From assembly GCF_963921235.1 (NCBI RefSeq), contig NC_086108.1, positions 46,936,001 to 47,000,000 of the forward strand: a stretch of DNA of 64,000 nt. The letters run 5' to 3'. Both the position numbers and the translations under genes were made by a program. Each line of letters begins with the position of its first letter. Position 1 is the first letter of the stretch. This DNA comes from Mobula hypostoma (taxonomy: Eukaryota). This document shows, in pieces, positions 1 to 12,654 of the stretch. The notes under the pieces were generated by a model that worked only from the letters and a program-made list of their open reading frames with translations, had not been told where the DNA came from and did no database searches.

Positions 1-34
1 AGAGATTCAATGAACTAGATTTGCATCCAATGAA

Positions 35-370
35 GTTGATAAGAACAAGATAGCTCATTGAAACTTAAATTCTCTTACGGTTAAACAGACTGGATGGAGG
101 GGGGATCATTGCTCTGGCTGCCAAACCCAGGATGGGATTAGGGTGTCACAAGGGCAGATATTAGGCTGAGAAGGTGGAGGAATAGTTTAGAACAGTGAAC
201 TGTGGAGCTTGTGGTTGTAGAGGGGTGCAGCTGGATGTATTTCAGGAGATAAATATTAAATGCATCAAGGGTTTGTGGAAAAATATTGTATTGAGACAGA
301 ATTTACCAGAAATGTCAGAGCATGCTCAAAGGACTGTTTGGCCTGTTGATACGTTTCTATGTAAGGAACT
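35..370 (+). mobile_element. Highly degraded CR1 LINE 3' remnant
   Basis: Residual similarity to the 3' end of the CR1 at 4080-4487. Confidence 0.5.
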
Positions 371-1021
371 ACCATCTTGTAACTTGCTCTTCAAGTTCTT
401 TAAACCTCAAATTAAGATAAAGATTTGTGATTAAAAAGCACTAACAAAAAGATGTGATAATATACTAAGACAAGAATGCCATCAGTATAGAATATACATT
501 TTTTTGCTTAAGATATAACATTGCTAAATTGTAAACTTCTGTGGCAGATGTAGATTTCCCAGTTGTGCTCCTGCATTCAAATACCCATGTAGAAACATAC
601 AATCATCTGCATCAATGAATCACGTTATCTAACCAGGCCCAGGTTGCAAAGGTGACAATTCAATTGTAAAGTTACATATCATTATTTGATTCACTTATTT
701 TTTTGTAGTTCAATGTTTTATAAGATTTCAGTTACTTTAAAACATTTAACAGTATATTTTTTTGTAACTTTTGCTTATATACACCAGTGATACTGACAGA
801 TGTTTGGGGTCCATGACAACCAATTTGCACAGATGAATGAGCTGTCAGACAGGCAGGGTTTACCAGTAATGAATCCAAAGACTCTCTCACTAATCTCCTT
901 GGGATCAGCTAACCTGAAGAAAGGTCAGAAATGGTCGATCCATTCCAGAGCAGTCTTAATGGGAAGGCAACCAGTAGACGGGCTTGCTCTACTCACTATA
1001 GACTCAAAACTGTGTAAAGAG

Positions 1022-2455
1022 ATGCTGTTCAAACTCCATCTACAAGTTTGAAGATGATACCACCATAGTGGGCCATACATCGAAAAGTGATGAATCAGAG
1101 TCCAGGAAAGAGATGGGTGCCTAGTGACATGGTGTTATGACAATAACCTTTCCCTCAGTGTCAGCAAAACAAAATCAAGTCACTGACTTCAGGATGAGTG
1201 ATAGTATGCGTTTACCTCAATGGTACTGAGGCCAAGAATCCCAGGACACTACCCCAGAAAAGACTACCATGACCATGAAGCCTTGCGCGGGAACCTGTGC
1301 GCGCATGCGCGTATGTGCCGATTTTTTTTCCCCCACAAATCGGTTTTGCCTTCATCTTCCCGACTATAATGTACATAATTTCTATTTTATATGGGCTGTG
1401 TATCTATCATATCATTCCTGCTTTTACTATATGCTAGTCTTATTTATTTTTGGTTTTGTGTGTTATTTGGTATGATTTGTTAGGTATTTTTTGGGTCTGG
1501 GAACGCTCAAAAATTTTTCCCATATAAATTAATGGTAATTGCTTCTTCGTTTCACACCATTTCGGCATGAAAGGTTTCATAGGAACGCTCTACCTTAGCG
1601 CAGGAAATATGGGACAAACCAATTTAGCCCAATATACGGGATGTCCCAGCAAATACGGGACAGTTGGCAACCCTACGTTCAAGTTCAACAGTGCGTGACA
1701 GGGAATGAGGAAAGGTGCAGCTGACTCATATCGTTTCCTCACGGCCAGGTAGCACATGCTTTGCGGCCTGGTACCGGTCCACGGCCTGGTGGTTGGGGAC
1801 CACTGCCCTATGCAATATCAACATTGGCCTGTCCTGACCAGGCATGTGGGTGCTATGTCCGAGAAGGCCCACCAGGGCTTCCTCAAAAGGCTAAAGAAAT
1901 TTGTCAAGTTCCCTTTGACCTTCACCAAATTTTGATCAATGCACTACAGAAAACACGCTACGTAGATGTATCACAACATGACATAACAACAGCGGTGCCT
2001 GCAACTGCAAGAAACCGTAGAGTTGTGGACAAACTCAATACATCATGGAAACCAGCCTCCCCTCCATGGACTCTGATTATGCTGGTTGCTTTACTGAGGC
2101 AGCAAGAAACATAAACAAAGACCCCAGCCTCATGGACATTCTTGTTTCTCCCTCCCCCTCCCATCGGACATAAAATACAAAAGGCTGAAAGCATATACCA
2201 TCAGGCTCAAGAACAGCTTCGATCCCACTGTTGAGAATACTGAACAGTTCCATGGAACAGCAAGATGGATTCTTGACCTCACAACCTACTTCGTTATGCC
2301 TTTGCACTTTATTATTTAACTGCACTTTCTCTTAAGCTGCAATTCTTCATTCTCCACTATTATTCCTTGTGTGACATGTATGAATGGTATGCAAGACAAC
2401 TTTTCCCACTATACCTCAGCACATGTGACAATTTAAACCAATTTAAATTCCAATT
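1022..2455 (+). mobile_element. Degraded Rex1/Babar-type LINE 3' half, split by a MITE at 1243-1805
   Basis: KF.DDTTIVG...DNNLSL.VSKTK-like RT remnant at 1040-1190; continues at 1806 and ends in a (CAATT)-like tail. Confidence 0.65.
1243..1805. mobile_element. Composite non-autonomous hAT (Charlie-like) element, left end missing
   Basis: Right terminus GGTTGGGGACCACTG at 1791-1805; internal Blackjack-like terminus GTTGGCAACCCTA ending at 1675. Confidence 0.6.
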
Positions 2456-2750
2456 CTTGAGCAAATAGTTTTAAAAATTGCTTGATGCGAACAGAATAGC
2501 AATTGATTCAGCCCTGTTAAATCAGTGATTTGCTCTGGATTACACAAAGGACATCTGTCATTAGATATTAAAAGGACTGAAGAAAACTCACAATGTCATC
2601 AGTTTTTTTTTAAAAAACCTTAACATAAAAGAATATAAACACATGAGTAAAGTCCACTACCCCCAACAAGTGTAACTCAGAGAATGGAGAGAATAAAACA
2701 TAATTAGTCCAAAGAAAAATACAGTTCATAACATACTTGTTTCAAATAAT

Positions 2751-4487
2751 TACTTTGGTTCTGTCTTCACTAAGGAGGACATAAATAATCTTCCAGAAAT
2801 AGTAAGGGACAGAGGGTCCAGTGAGATGGAGGAACTGAGCGAAATATATGTTAGTAGGGAAGTGGTGTTAGGTAAATTGAAGGGATTGAAGGCAGATAAA
2901 TCCCCAGGGCCAGATGGTCTGCATCCTAGAGTGCTTAAGGAAGTAGCCCAAGAAATAGTGGATGCATTAGTGATAATTTTTCAAAACTCGTTAGATTCTG
3001 GACTAGTTCCTGAGGATTGGAGGGTGGCTAATGTAACCCCACTTTTTAAAAAAGGAGGGAGAGAGAAACCGGGGAATTATAGACCGGTTAGCCTAACGGC
3101 AGTGGTGGGGAAACTGCTGGAGTCAGTTATCAAGGATGTGATAACAGCACATTTGGAAAGCGGTGAAATGATCGGACAAAGTCAGCAAGGATTTGTGAAA
3201 GGAAAATCATGTCTGACGAATCTCATAGAATTTTTTGAGGATGTAACAAGTAGAGTGGATAGGGGAGAACCAGTGGATGTGGTATATTTGGATTTTCAAA
3301 AGGCTTTTGACAAGGTCCCACACAGGAGATTAGTGTGCAAACTTAAAGCACACGGTATTGGGGGTAAGGTATTGGTGTGGGTGGAGAATTGGTTAGCAGA
3401 CAGGAAGCAAAGAGTGGGAATAAACGGGACCTTTTCAGAATGGCAGGCAGTGACTAGTGGGGTACCGCAAGACTCAGTGCTGGGACCCCAGTTGTTTACA
3501 ATATATATTAATGACTTGGATGAGGGAATTAAATGCAGCATCTCCAAGTTTGCGGATGACACGAAGCTGGGTGGCAGTGTTAGCAGTGAGGAGGATGCTA
3601 TGAGGATGCAGGGTGACTTGGATAGGTTGGGTGAGTGGGCAAATTCATGGCAGATGCAATTTAATGTGGATAAATGTGAAGTTATCCACTTTGGTGGCAA
3701 AAATAGGAAAACAGATTATTATCTGAATGGTGGCCGATTAGGAAAAGGGGAGGTGCAACGAGACCTGGGTGTCATTATACACCAGTCATTGAAAGTGGGC
3801 ATGCAGGTACAGCAGGCGGTGAAAAAGGCGAATGGTATGCTGGCATTTATAGCAAGAGGATTCGAGTACAGGAGCAGGGAGGTACTACTGCAGTTGTACA
3901 AGGCCTTGGTGAGACCACACCTGGAGTATTGTGTGCAGTTTTGGTCCCCTAATCTGAGGAAAGACATCTTTGCCATAGAGGGAGTACAAAAAAGGTTCAC
4001 CAGATTGATTCCTGGGATGGCAGGACTTTCATATGAAGAAAGACTGGATGAACTGGGCTTGTACTCATTGGAATTTAGAAGATTGAGGGGGGATCTGATT
4101 GAAACGTATAAGATCCTAAAGGGATTAGACAGGCTAGATGCAGGAAGATTGTTCCCAATGTTGGGGAGGTCCAGAACGAGGGGCCACAATTTGAGGATAG
4201 AGGGGAAGCCTTTTAGGACCGAGATTAGGAAAAATTTCTTCACACAGAGAGTGGTGAATCTGTGGAATTCTCTGCCACAGGAAACTGTTGAGGCCAGTTC
4301 ATTGGCTATATTTAAGAGGGAGTTAGATATGGCCCTTGTGGCTACGGGGGTCAGGGGGTATGGAGGGAAGGCTGGGGCGGGGTTCTGAGTTGGATGATCA
4401 GCCATGATCATAATAAATGGCGGTGCAGGCTCGAAGGGCCGAATGGCCTACTCCTGCACCTATTTTCTATGTTTCTATGTTTCTATA
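2751..4487 (+). mobile_element. Young 5'-truncated CR1 LINE with open RT frame (ORF 2826-4388, 520 aa)
   Basis: KSPGPDG, NYRPVSLT, DFQKAFDKV, GVPQ(D)SVLGP, KFADD, RPHLEYCVQFWSP motifs; 3' tail (TTTCTATG)n at ~4463-4487; no endonuclease domain. Confidence 0.95.
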
Positions 4488-4729
4488 TATGAGGCAACAC
4501 CTTGTGGAGAAAAGAGTGGTGAAAGACCAAAACACATTGTACAAAAACTGTTTAATAAAAAAGGGGCAAAAATGTCAGTCTCGTTAAAATAAAAATGCAG
4601 CAGTGAAAAAGCAGACCACTAATGATTCTGGCTTATTATTTGAGGATGCTGTTAAATTTATCAATTTAAATATCAAACACAAACAACCCTGGGCTGGGCT
4701 GGGCTGCACTGCACCAGAATGCTGCAGAC

Positions 4730-5140
4730 ATACCAGCACCAGCACAGGAGCACCACAAGGCTGTGTGCTTAGCTCTGTTTTACTCACTTACGAGAAAGAG
4801 GCTAGGAACAGCTCCAAACCCATTTTTAAGTTTACTGACAACATCTCTGTTGTTGGTCAAATCAAAGGTGGTTACTACACAAGAACAAAAGAGCTGATTA
4901 TTGACTATAGGAGGAGGAATCTAGGAGGTCTATGAGCCAGTCTTCATTAAGGGACCAAAGGCCACATCAACACTTTACTTTCTTGGAAGTTTGAGAAGAT
5001 TCGGCACATCACCTAAAACTTTGACAAGCTTCTATAGGTGTGTGGTGGAGAGTACATTGAGTGGCTGCATCACAGTCTGTTATAGAAACCAATGCCCTTG
5101 AACGGAAAAGCCTACAAAAGATGGTGGATACAGCCCAGAA
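4730..5140 (+). mobile_element. Degraded Rex1/Babar LINE fragment
   Basis: STGAPQGCVLS and KF.D..SVVG.I, TKELIID.RR remnants in ORF 4603-4935. Confidence 0.7.
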
Positions 5141-5609
5141 CTACAAAATAAAATAATTGATCAGCTGAAGCTGCCCAAAGGGACCAGGAAAAAAAAATCA
5201 ACTTTAATATCATAAGGCAGTCAGTCCTGTTCAAGGGTTTGGCTCAGGGGATAAAATATTCCAGCACTGACTCTATGGAATAACTGCGCAAACCATGAGC
5301 ATGAACAAGTCACATAGTAGCTGCTATTTAAGAAAAACCACACAGGACAAAATGCCCAATGCTTGGAGATGCTCAACTCTCTAATCACAGAGTTTCCAAA
5401 TCACACTGAACTTCCAAAAGTTGTTTGGCTGAAATATTGTACAAATCTCTCTTCCCCCCACCCCCCCATCCAAGATGCCCCAGTCTTGCCAATTTACGAA
5501 ACTGTGCTTTCTGCATCTAGTTCAATAAGTTTACAAATAGATCTGGCAGAAAAGTTAGTGAACACTAAATAAGTACAAGACAGCTATTGAATATCACAGA
5601 ATTAAAATA

Positions 5610-5915
5610 CCATTATACAGGGGGTCATTCAGCCCATCAAGGATGTACCAGCAATTCCATCCTTCAACCCACCACATCCATACAAACCATCAACTATTCA
5701 TTTATACTAATCTTCTATGAATCCCATTTTTACTCGGGACAATTTAGAGGCAAATTAACCCAACAACTCACAAATCTTCATGATGTGGATGGAAACCAGA
5801 ACATGCAGGGGAAACCTACAGGGAGAACTTGCTAACTGCATGCAGACAGCCATCCAAGGTCAGCGTTTAACCTACGTCTCAGGCAGAGGGGGGAATGGGT
5901 CTACTAGCTGTACTG
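5610..5915 (-). mobile_element. Degraded V-SINE (HE1-like)
   Basis: Reverse complement of the V-domain (GGAAACCAGAACA...GGGAAACC...ACAGGGAGAAC) with a CR1-like tail. Confidence 0.5.
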
Positions 5916-6796
5916 AGTATATTGCAAATTGGTGCTTGTAATATGTCTCCTCTACATCAGAGGAACTAAACATTGGTTGTGTGACTGGACTGAGGAGCAG
6001 CTGTGCTCAGCTCACAGGAATGACCTGGGTTTCCAGCTGCCTGCCATTTTCATTCACTACCTGATACCCATCCCCCATTTTGTTTTGCCTCTGGCCTCCT
6101 GCATTGTAATGAACAACAAGTCATCTTGCAACTATTACCCATTTATCTAACTTCAGATTATATGTTCTTTCTTCCTACACAACTATTTCTGCCGTTGCTT
6201 TTTCTTTTGTAAAAACCAGCAGGTACAGAAAAGATTCACAAGCATGTTGCCTGCACTGAAGGTTTCAGGTTATCGAGAGGCTGGATAATTATTAACTCAT
6301 ACCATACAGCAGAGTCCTTCAGCCCAACATGTCCACTCTAAGCACTCTGCCCAGTTGCATATCCCTCCATACCCAACTCATTCAAATACCCATCTACCTC
6401 ATCCATTTCTCATAGTCCGACTTAAACCTGGCAAGTTCCTCTCTGTCATGCGTATCTAAACCCCAAACTCCTCCACCCATGTAAGTGGCAGGTTCAAAAT
6501 CCTACTGCTTTTCACTTGAAGAGACTTTCCCCCACATCCTTTACCTCCTGAGATGTATGCTAGTGGGTAAAGTTTTATGCTAATTGCACAGTCTAAGCAT
6601 AATCTTGATCAAAGGAAGAGATTCAATCAACCACCCATTGGACATCAAATTGTCACTCAATCTTTTTACCATAAGCAGAGAGAAAACATTTTTTGCTGAT
6701 CTGCTCAATTTCCTCATTCAGGTAAATCTTCTCTGCACATTCTTTCAAACTTCTAGAATCTCTTCTTAGTTAGTAGTCTCTTACAACCAGCTGCTT

Positions 6797-7243
6797 AAAC
6801 AAGCAACACACATAGAAGTTGCTGGTGAACGCAGCAGGCCAGGCAGCATCTCTAGGAAGAGGTACAGTCGACATTTCGGGCCGAGACACTTCGTCAGGGC
6901 TAACTGAAAGAAGAGCTAGTAAGAGATTTGAAAGGGGGAGGGGGAGATCCGAAATGATAGGAGAAGACAGGAGGACGAGGGATGGAGCCAAGAGCTGGAC
7001 AGTTGATTGGCAAGGAGGATATCAAAGGATCATGGGACAGGAGGCCCAGGGAGAAAGAAAAGGGGGAGGGGGGAAAAAACCCAGAGGATGGGCAAGGGGT
7101 ATAGTGAGAGGGTCAGAGGGAGAAAAAGGAGAGAAAGAAAAAGAATGTGTGTATATAAATAAATAACGGATGGGGTATGAGGGGGAGGTGGGGTATTAGC
7201 GGAAGTTTGAGAAGTCAATGTTCATGCCATCAGGTTGGAGGCT
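6797..7243 (-). mobile_element. Penelope-like element 3' end: GIY-YIG C-terminus, 3' UTR and hammerhead-bearing pLTR
   Basis: Minus strand at 7243-7196 reads SLQPDGMNIDFSNFR*, a typical PLE endonuclease C-terminus; pyrimidine-rich UTR; hammerhead motif at 6901-6866. Confidence 0.8.
6866..6901 (-). ncRNA. Minimal type I hammerhead ribozyme motif (slightly decayed)
   Basis: AGCC-CTGACGA-A-GTGT-CTCG-GCCC-GAAA-TGTC-GACT: CUGANGA and GAAA core boxes, stem II and GUC site present. Confidence 0.7.
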
Positions 7244-7734
7244 GTACACAGCGTTTAATTTTGTCCTCACAAAGCATTGGTATAAACAAATCCAGGGGTA
7301 GGATTTGGGCATTTACTTAAGAAAGCAATGGAAACAGACTGATAATTACCTCTCAACTGCTTCTGCAACACATGAAAGTACTTCCTCATTTAATGAAGTG
7401 ACTGACTGGGCAGTTCCTCCTCCCTGATTCATGAAAAACAGCATCACCACTATGTCTCAGAACACTCTGGGCTCACATGAGATATCAACGATCCAAGACT
7501 TGTGCAATACAGGAAAATGTGCATGTTAACTTCCTTTACACTCTCCTCACTCTTGCAATTTTATAACTGCTCATCTGCTGGGTCTCATGCTTTACTTATG
7601 AAGCAGAAATAGCAATTAGCTTAAAACAGTTTCCTCCAGAAGCTTTCATTAACTCCTACAGTCTTCCTGCTTCATTGTGAAGGTATATCTTCTACAACTG
7701 TTGAATCTCTGCTGGAAGGAAAATAGAGCTAAAA

Positions 7735-8422
7735 ATAGAAAGATAGAAAACCTACAGCACAATACAGGCCCTTCGGCCCACAATGCTGTGCCGAACATAT
7801 ACTTACATTAGAAATTACCTAGGGTTACCCATAGCCCTCTATTTTCTAAGCTTCATGTACCTATCCATGCACTCACCACTCTCACCGTAAAAAACTGACC
7901 CCTGACATCTCCTCTGTATCTACTTCCAAGCACCTTAAAACTGTGCCCTCTAGTGTTAGCCATTTCAGCCCTGGGAAAAAGCCTCTGACTATCCACACGA
8001 TCAATGCCTGTCATCATCTTATACACCTCTGTCAGGTCACCTCTCATCCACCGTCTCGCCAAGGAGAAAAGACTAAGTTCATTCAATCTATTTTCATATG
8101 ACATGGTCCCTAATCCAGGCAACATCTTTGTAAATCTCCTCTGCACCCTTTCTATAGTTTCCACATCCTTCCTGTAGTGAGGTGACCAGAAATGAGCACA
8201 GTACTCCAAGTAGGGTCTGACCAGGGTCCTATACAGCTGTAACAGTTGAAGGCCAATGCACCATATGCCTTCTTAACCACAGAGTCAACCTGCACAGCAG
8301 CTTTGAGTGTTCTATGGACTCGGACCCCAAGATCCCTCTGATCCTCCAGATTGCCAAGAGTCTTACCATTAATACTATATTCTGTCATCATATTTGACCT
8401 ACCAAAATGAACCACCTCACAC
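7735..8422 (-). mobile_element. CR1 LINE 3' fragment
   Basis: ORFs 7853-8209 and 8152-8529 give LEYCAHFWSPHYRKDV..ERVQRRFT and CEVVHFGR; (CTATCTTT)-type tail at ~7735. Confidence 0.9.
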
Positions 8423-8999
8423 ATAACTATTAAAAAATTAATGTAACTTTCAAATGATTTGGAATCAGTCAAGTGGCTAAAACAAAGTCTACACGCTACC
8501 CTCCCCTCAACGAACTGAAGTTTCACCAAAATTCAAGATGTACTGTTAGAGGCGGTCATCAACCTCAGTCATCCAATATCATCAGTATATTAAAAGCTCA
8601 ACAGCCACATGGAAGGATAGTCATTAGGACCTCCTGACAAACAGATGCCCAATGACACACCAGAATTCACAGATCATATTTTGCCTGACGACTCTCCACC
8701 AACGCCGATACATATTGAAACAGTCACCTCAGCATTTTCTAGTGAACACCAGTCCAGAGTATTGTTTTGTTTTAACCAATCACTCTTACCGCAATGGGAT
8801 AAAACAATCGTTATGAATGGCCATTAACGACACATACTGGACTACATACATTAACTTAGGTCTTGGCAGCTTTTCCAGATAAATATAAAACTGCTGGAAC
8901 CTTGTAAACTTGGTGACAATAGATTCAGTGTCTGATCAAAAGTCATCGATTTAGTTCCACCGCTCTCGCCCTTCAAGCTACCCGGCTAAAGCAAAAATT

Positions 9000-10270
9000 A
9001 AAAAACTGTTGGAGTAACTCGTGGGCGGGCGGCCGGCCGGCGAGCGGGGTTGGGGGAGAAGATAAGATCAGGCAACATTTGTAGAGGAAAATGAATGGTA
9101 GAGTTTCCATACTACTTGACCAAAGGAGCAATCTCCAGCCTTTTTTTTAAATTATAGAATCGAACAACGCGACCTTCATCGTTTCCTTCTGACATTAAAC
9201 GGAATGAATACAGCCGAACACGAGGGAGGATGAACTCACCATTACTGACCGATCGGGCGCACTCCGGCCCAGGTACCTCTGAAGATCTCATCTCATCCTC
9301 ATCCAAAGACTTAGCAGACACACGGCGGCCTCGCAGCGTCATTGTTGCCCCACTCGCCACCAGCTTCCTGTCGAAAGTGGGAATAAAAAACACGTAGAAT
9401 AACCGAGAGCAATGAATTGGAGGCCAGACAACTGAGGTCAACACTGCAGCTGAAATAAGCCTACACCGAGCCACTTCAAATCAAAACTTTTTGTTTTCAC
9501 CGTCAGACAAGTTAGTTAAGGATGTTCCCTAGAACATTATGTCTAATCCAAAACAAGTAACACGACATTAAATACTAAGATTTCGAAAATTTAAACTGGT
9601 CAAGGGTCAGGTTTTAAAAGAAGTTCGGTAAGTCAGACGACTCAATAGGGCATTATTTGAGACGGAGATTGGTAAAGAGGGGAGAAATGCGACTTATGAG
9701 CAGCTACTGGGCCAGGTTTCCGTCGTCAGGCCATTTTCCCTACCTACGAGGATCTGGTCCACGGACTCCTGAGATACAGCACGTGATCTGGAGCCAGCGT
9801 ACATTTGGCATTAGGTTGGAAGGAAGAGAACTTGAGGAACAAGAAGGAGATACCTGAAACCGGCAACAATTGCCCGGCTCCTCGTTTGGTCCGATATGAA
9901 ACGTCTGGGTACGAACACCGGCGACGCACAGAGCCCGCTTCGCCGAACGACAGCCGACACGTCGCCTGCTTCCCCCACCAGCAAAGGAGCGGCCGGCCTC
10001 GTCACGCCGCGAGGTCACTCGTGCTGTTCACCGCCGACACCGGTGTAACTGTTCCCGGTCTCGGCGCTCCAAAGGACGTGACTCGCGGCGTTTGTGTGCC
10101 GACGCAGGGACGTACGGCGAGGAGCTGCTGAAACGAGATTGCGCGGGGTGGAGAGAAATCTGTTTTTTTCCTGTGTCCGCTAGTAACCCCGTCCCAGCAA
10201 ATGAGCACCTTTGTTTAATCGCGTCCCTCATTGTCTGTCGGGTGGGAACAGCGCGGAGAAGGATACAAAA
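9000..10270 (-). promoter_or_regulatory. SOAT1: CpG island: promoter and probable non-coding exon 1 of the minus-strand gene (SOAT1)
   Basis: High CpG density not explained by a repeat. Candidate minus-strand donors CAG|GTATCT at 9854/9853 and TAG|GTAGGG at 9744/9743. Confidence 0.6.
9240..9342 (-). CDS. SOAT1: Probable sterol O-acyltransferase 1 (ACAT1), first coding exon (exon spans 9367-9240)
   Basis: MTLRGRRVSAKSLDEDEMRSSEVPGPECARSVSN-G resembles human SOAT1 N-terminus MSLRNR...EEDED...SNG. Acceptor ttttttattcccactttcgacag|G at 9368/9367 and phase-1 donor AATG|GTGAGT at 9240/9239. Divergent from ABL2 as in mammals. Similarity is weak and no downstream exon was identified. Confidence 0.68.
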
Positions 10271-10477
10271 GAATAATTTAAAAACTGGTATTAATGCAAA
10301 GTATCCTATTGGCATAATTATATTTATTTCTAAATAATTTTATATGTTTAAGAGCTGACAGGCTCTCGTATGAAAAAATGCCATTAAATCATTCACTAAA
10401 TTGAATTTTGCCTTGACCCCTGAAAGTTTACTCCATTTTTGTTGTTGTTTGTCTATAAACAACTAGACTTGTTGGGT

Positions 10478-10736
10478 TTTTATTTTATTTAGTGATACAG
10501 CGCGGAGTAGGCCTTTTCACCCCAGCATTCCCCGGCAACCCCGATTTAAACCTAGCTTAATCGTGGGACAATTTACAACGACTCATTAATCTACCCGGTA
10601 AGTCTTTGGGAGGAAACTGGAGCACCCGGAGAAGCCCCACACATATAAATCTCTTAGAGAGGGCGCTGGAATTGAACTCCCGATGCCCCGAGCTGTAATA
10701 GCGCAGCGGCCGGCGCAACGCTACCATAGCGCCCCC
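10478..10736 (-). mobile_element. tRNA-derived V-SINE
   Basis: Head GGGGCGCTATGGTAGCG, B-box GAGTTCAATTCC, V-domain CGGGTGCTCCAGTTTCCTCCCAAAGAC, A-rich tail. Confidence 0.75.
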
Positions 10737-10839
10737 TCAGTTCTTTCATAATTTTTGGTGGGATATAGACCGCATTACCCGGTTTTACCTCAGAGATTCA
10801 CAGTATGTGGCTATCGCTGCCAAGACCAATAATTACCCA

Positions 10840-12130
10840 CTGCAGTGCGTTCCATTCACTTAAAACACGGTGTAAAAAAAAATTCTACTTCTGACACACT
10901 CCCCCTTTTCTTCAATCACTTAAAATTATGTTCTTTCCTTTTACCACCCTGGGTAAACGGTGCTGGCTCCCCACACCATCTACAGCTCTATCAAGTCTCC
11001 TCTCATCCTCCTTCACTCAAAACAGAAAAGCCCTAGTTTTTTCAACCTTTCCTTATTGGACGTTCTCTAATCCGGGCTTGATCCTAGTAAAACTCCTCTG
11101 CACTCTGTCTAAATCTTTCCTCCTAGAATGAGGTGACCAGAAACAAACACAATATTGCAAGCTTGGTGCAACCAGAATTTTATGGAGCTGTAACATTACC
11201 TCTCTGTTCTTCAACTCAAACCCATGACTAGCAAAGGTCAACACAACATACACCTTCTTAGCCATCCTATCAACTTCCACGACAGCATTGAGGGGCCTAT
11301 GGACTTGAACCCCAAAATTTATCTCTTTCCATTAACTTTGTATTCTGACATCAATTTGTACTTTATATTTGTTTCCTTAAGTTTTGCTGATGTTTTCTTT
11401 CTTCTGGCCGATTGGCAGGGGTGGAGTGGTGGGTTGATGCTATCGTCGTCGTTCTTTTCTGCGAGTCGGGTTGGGGAACTGTTATTGTTGCTTTTTTTCA
11501 AGTCGGGCTGTATCGTGGATTGTTATTGCTGTTTTTTTTCTCTGCGAGTGAGGGAGTTGGAGATTGTTACTGTTGCTGTTTATTTTCTGCGAGTGAGGGG
11601 GTTGGAGATTGTTATTGTCACTGTTTATTTTCTGTGAGTGAGAGGGTTGGGATTGTCATTGTTGCAGGGGAGGGGGATTTGATGTTATTGTCACTGTTTT
11701 TCTGTGGGGGGTTAGAGTCTGCGAGTTTTGTTTCTTTTTCATGCGGCGGGGGGGGAATTGTCTTTTCTTTCATCCACTCTATGGCCTTTATGTATTCCGT
11801 GGCTATCTGGAGAAGACAAATAGCAGAGTTGTATTGTACATGCATACTTTTGACAATAAAAATGAACCTTTGATGAACCTTTTAAGCTTGACCTTCCAAA
11901 GTGCACCTCTTCACACCTTTCCAGATGGAATTCCATCTGCTGCTTGTCAGACCAGCTCAGCATCCTGCTGTGTCCTGCCGTAACCTTCCACACTACCCAC
12001 AACACCGCCAACCTTGTGTCATCTGCAAACTTCCACAGCTAAGTTATTTATAAAAATTGCAAAGAGCAAGGGTCCCAAAACAGTTCCCTGTGGAAGACCA
12101 ATAGTTATGGATCAACAGGCAGAATATATT
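10840..12130 (-). mobile_element. Degraded CR1 fragments interrupted by a plus-strand element (~11345-11885)
   Basis: LQYCV.FWSPH.R, RVQRSFTR and QMEFHLERCEEVHFGR remnants on either side of the insert. Confidence 0.7.
11455..11670 (+). repeat. ~45-bp minisatellite (about 5 units) inside a non-autonomous element with a LINE-like tail
   Basis: Unit TTTCTGCGAGTGAGGGGGTTGGAGATTGTTATTGTCACTGTTTAT; element ends AATAAAAATGAACCTTTGATGAACCTTT. Confidence 0.75.
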
Positions 12131-12654
12131 TGTTAAGGATCTCCTCTATCTCCTCAGACTACAGGCACACATTTCCTCCCTTTCCCCTGAGCAGTCCTAC
12201 CTTCATTCTCATCAATCTTCTGTTCTTCACGTGTGTGTAAATGCCTTGGGTTTTTTTTTCTAATCCTACTCACCAAGGCTTTTTCTTGCCTCCTCTAGCT
12301 CTCTTAGAAGGAGAATATTAGGGGGTTTGGGAAGTGCATTTGAAGATAGCAAGGTAAGTGGGAGTCATGGAGCCTCACAGCACAAAAACAGGCCATTTGA
12401 TCCATCACAATCATGCCAACCATAGTATTAGCACAACTTTCCAGCTCTTGGCTTGCAGCTTTTTAATGTCAGGTAATTCAAGTGCTTTGTTTCATCCCCT
12501 CTTCAACACTACCAGTGTCTCTGCTTCCTGTGCTCTCAGGCAGTGTAATCTGATAAGGGGAGAGTTCTCCTCAGTCTATACCATATATCCTTTATGATTT
12601 TATTTATTGCAATCGTGTCCCCTCTTGGCCTCTCCAATCTCTCCTTATCTCAAA

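Noticed and set aside
3296..4411. Long minus-strand ORFs (134 and 230 aa), and similar ORFs at 32212-35306 (+)
   Set aside because: Antisense shadows of CR1 ORFs with no independent protein features.
7596..7711. Minus-strand candidate exon (acceptor TTTTCCTTCCAG, donor GTAAAG) as the next SOAT1 exon
   Set aside because: The frame continuing from the phase-1 donor hits TAG within seven codons and shows no similarity to SOAT1.
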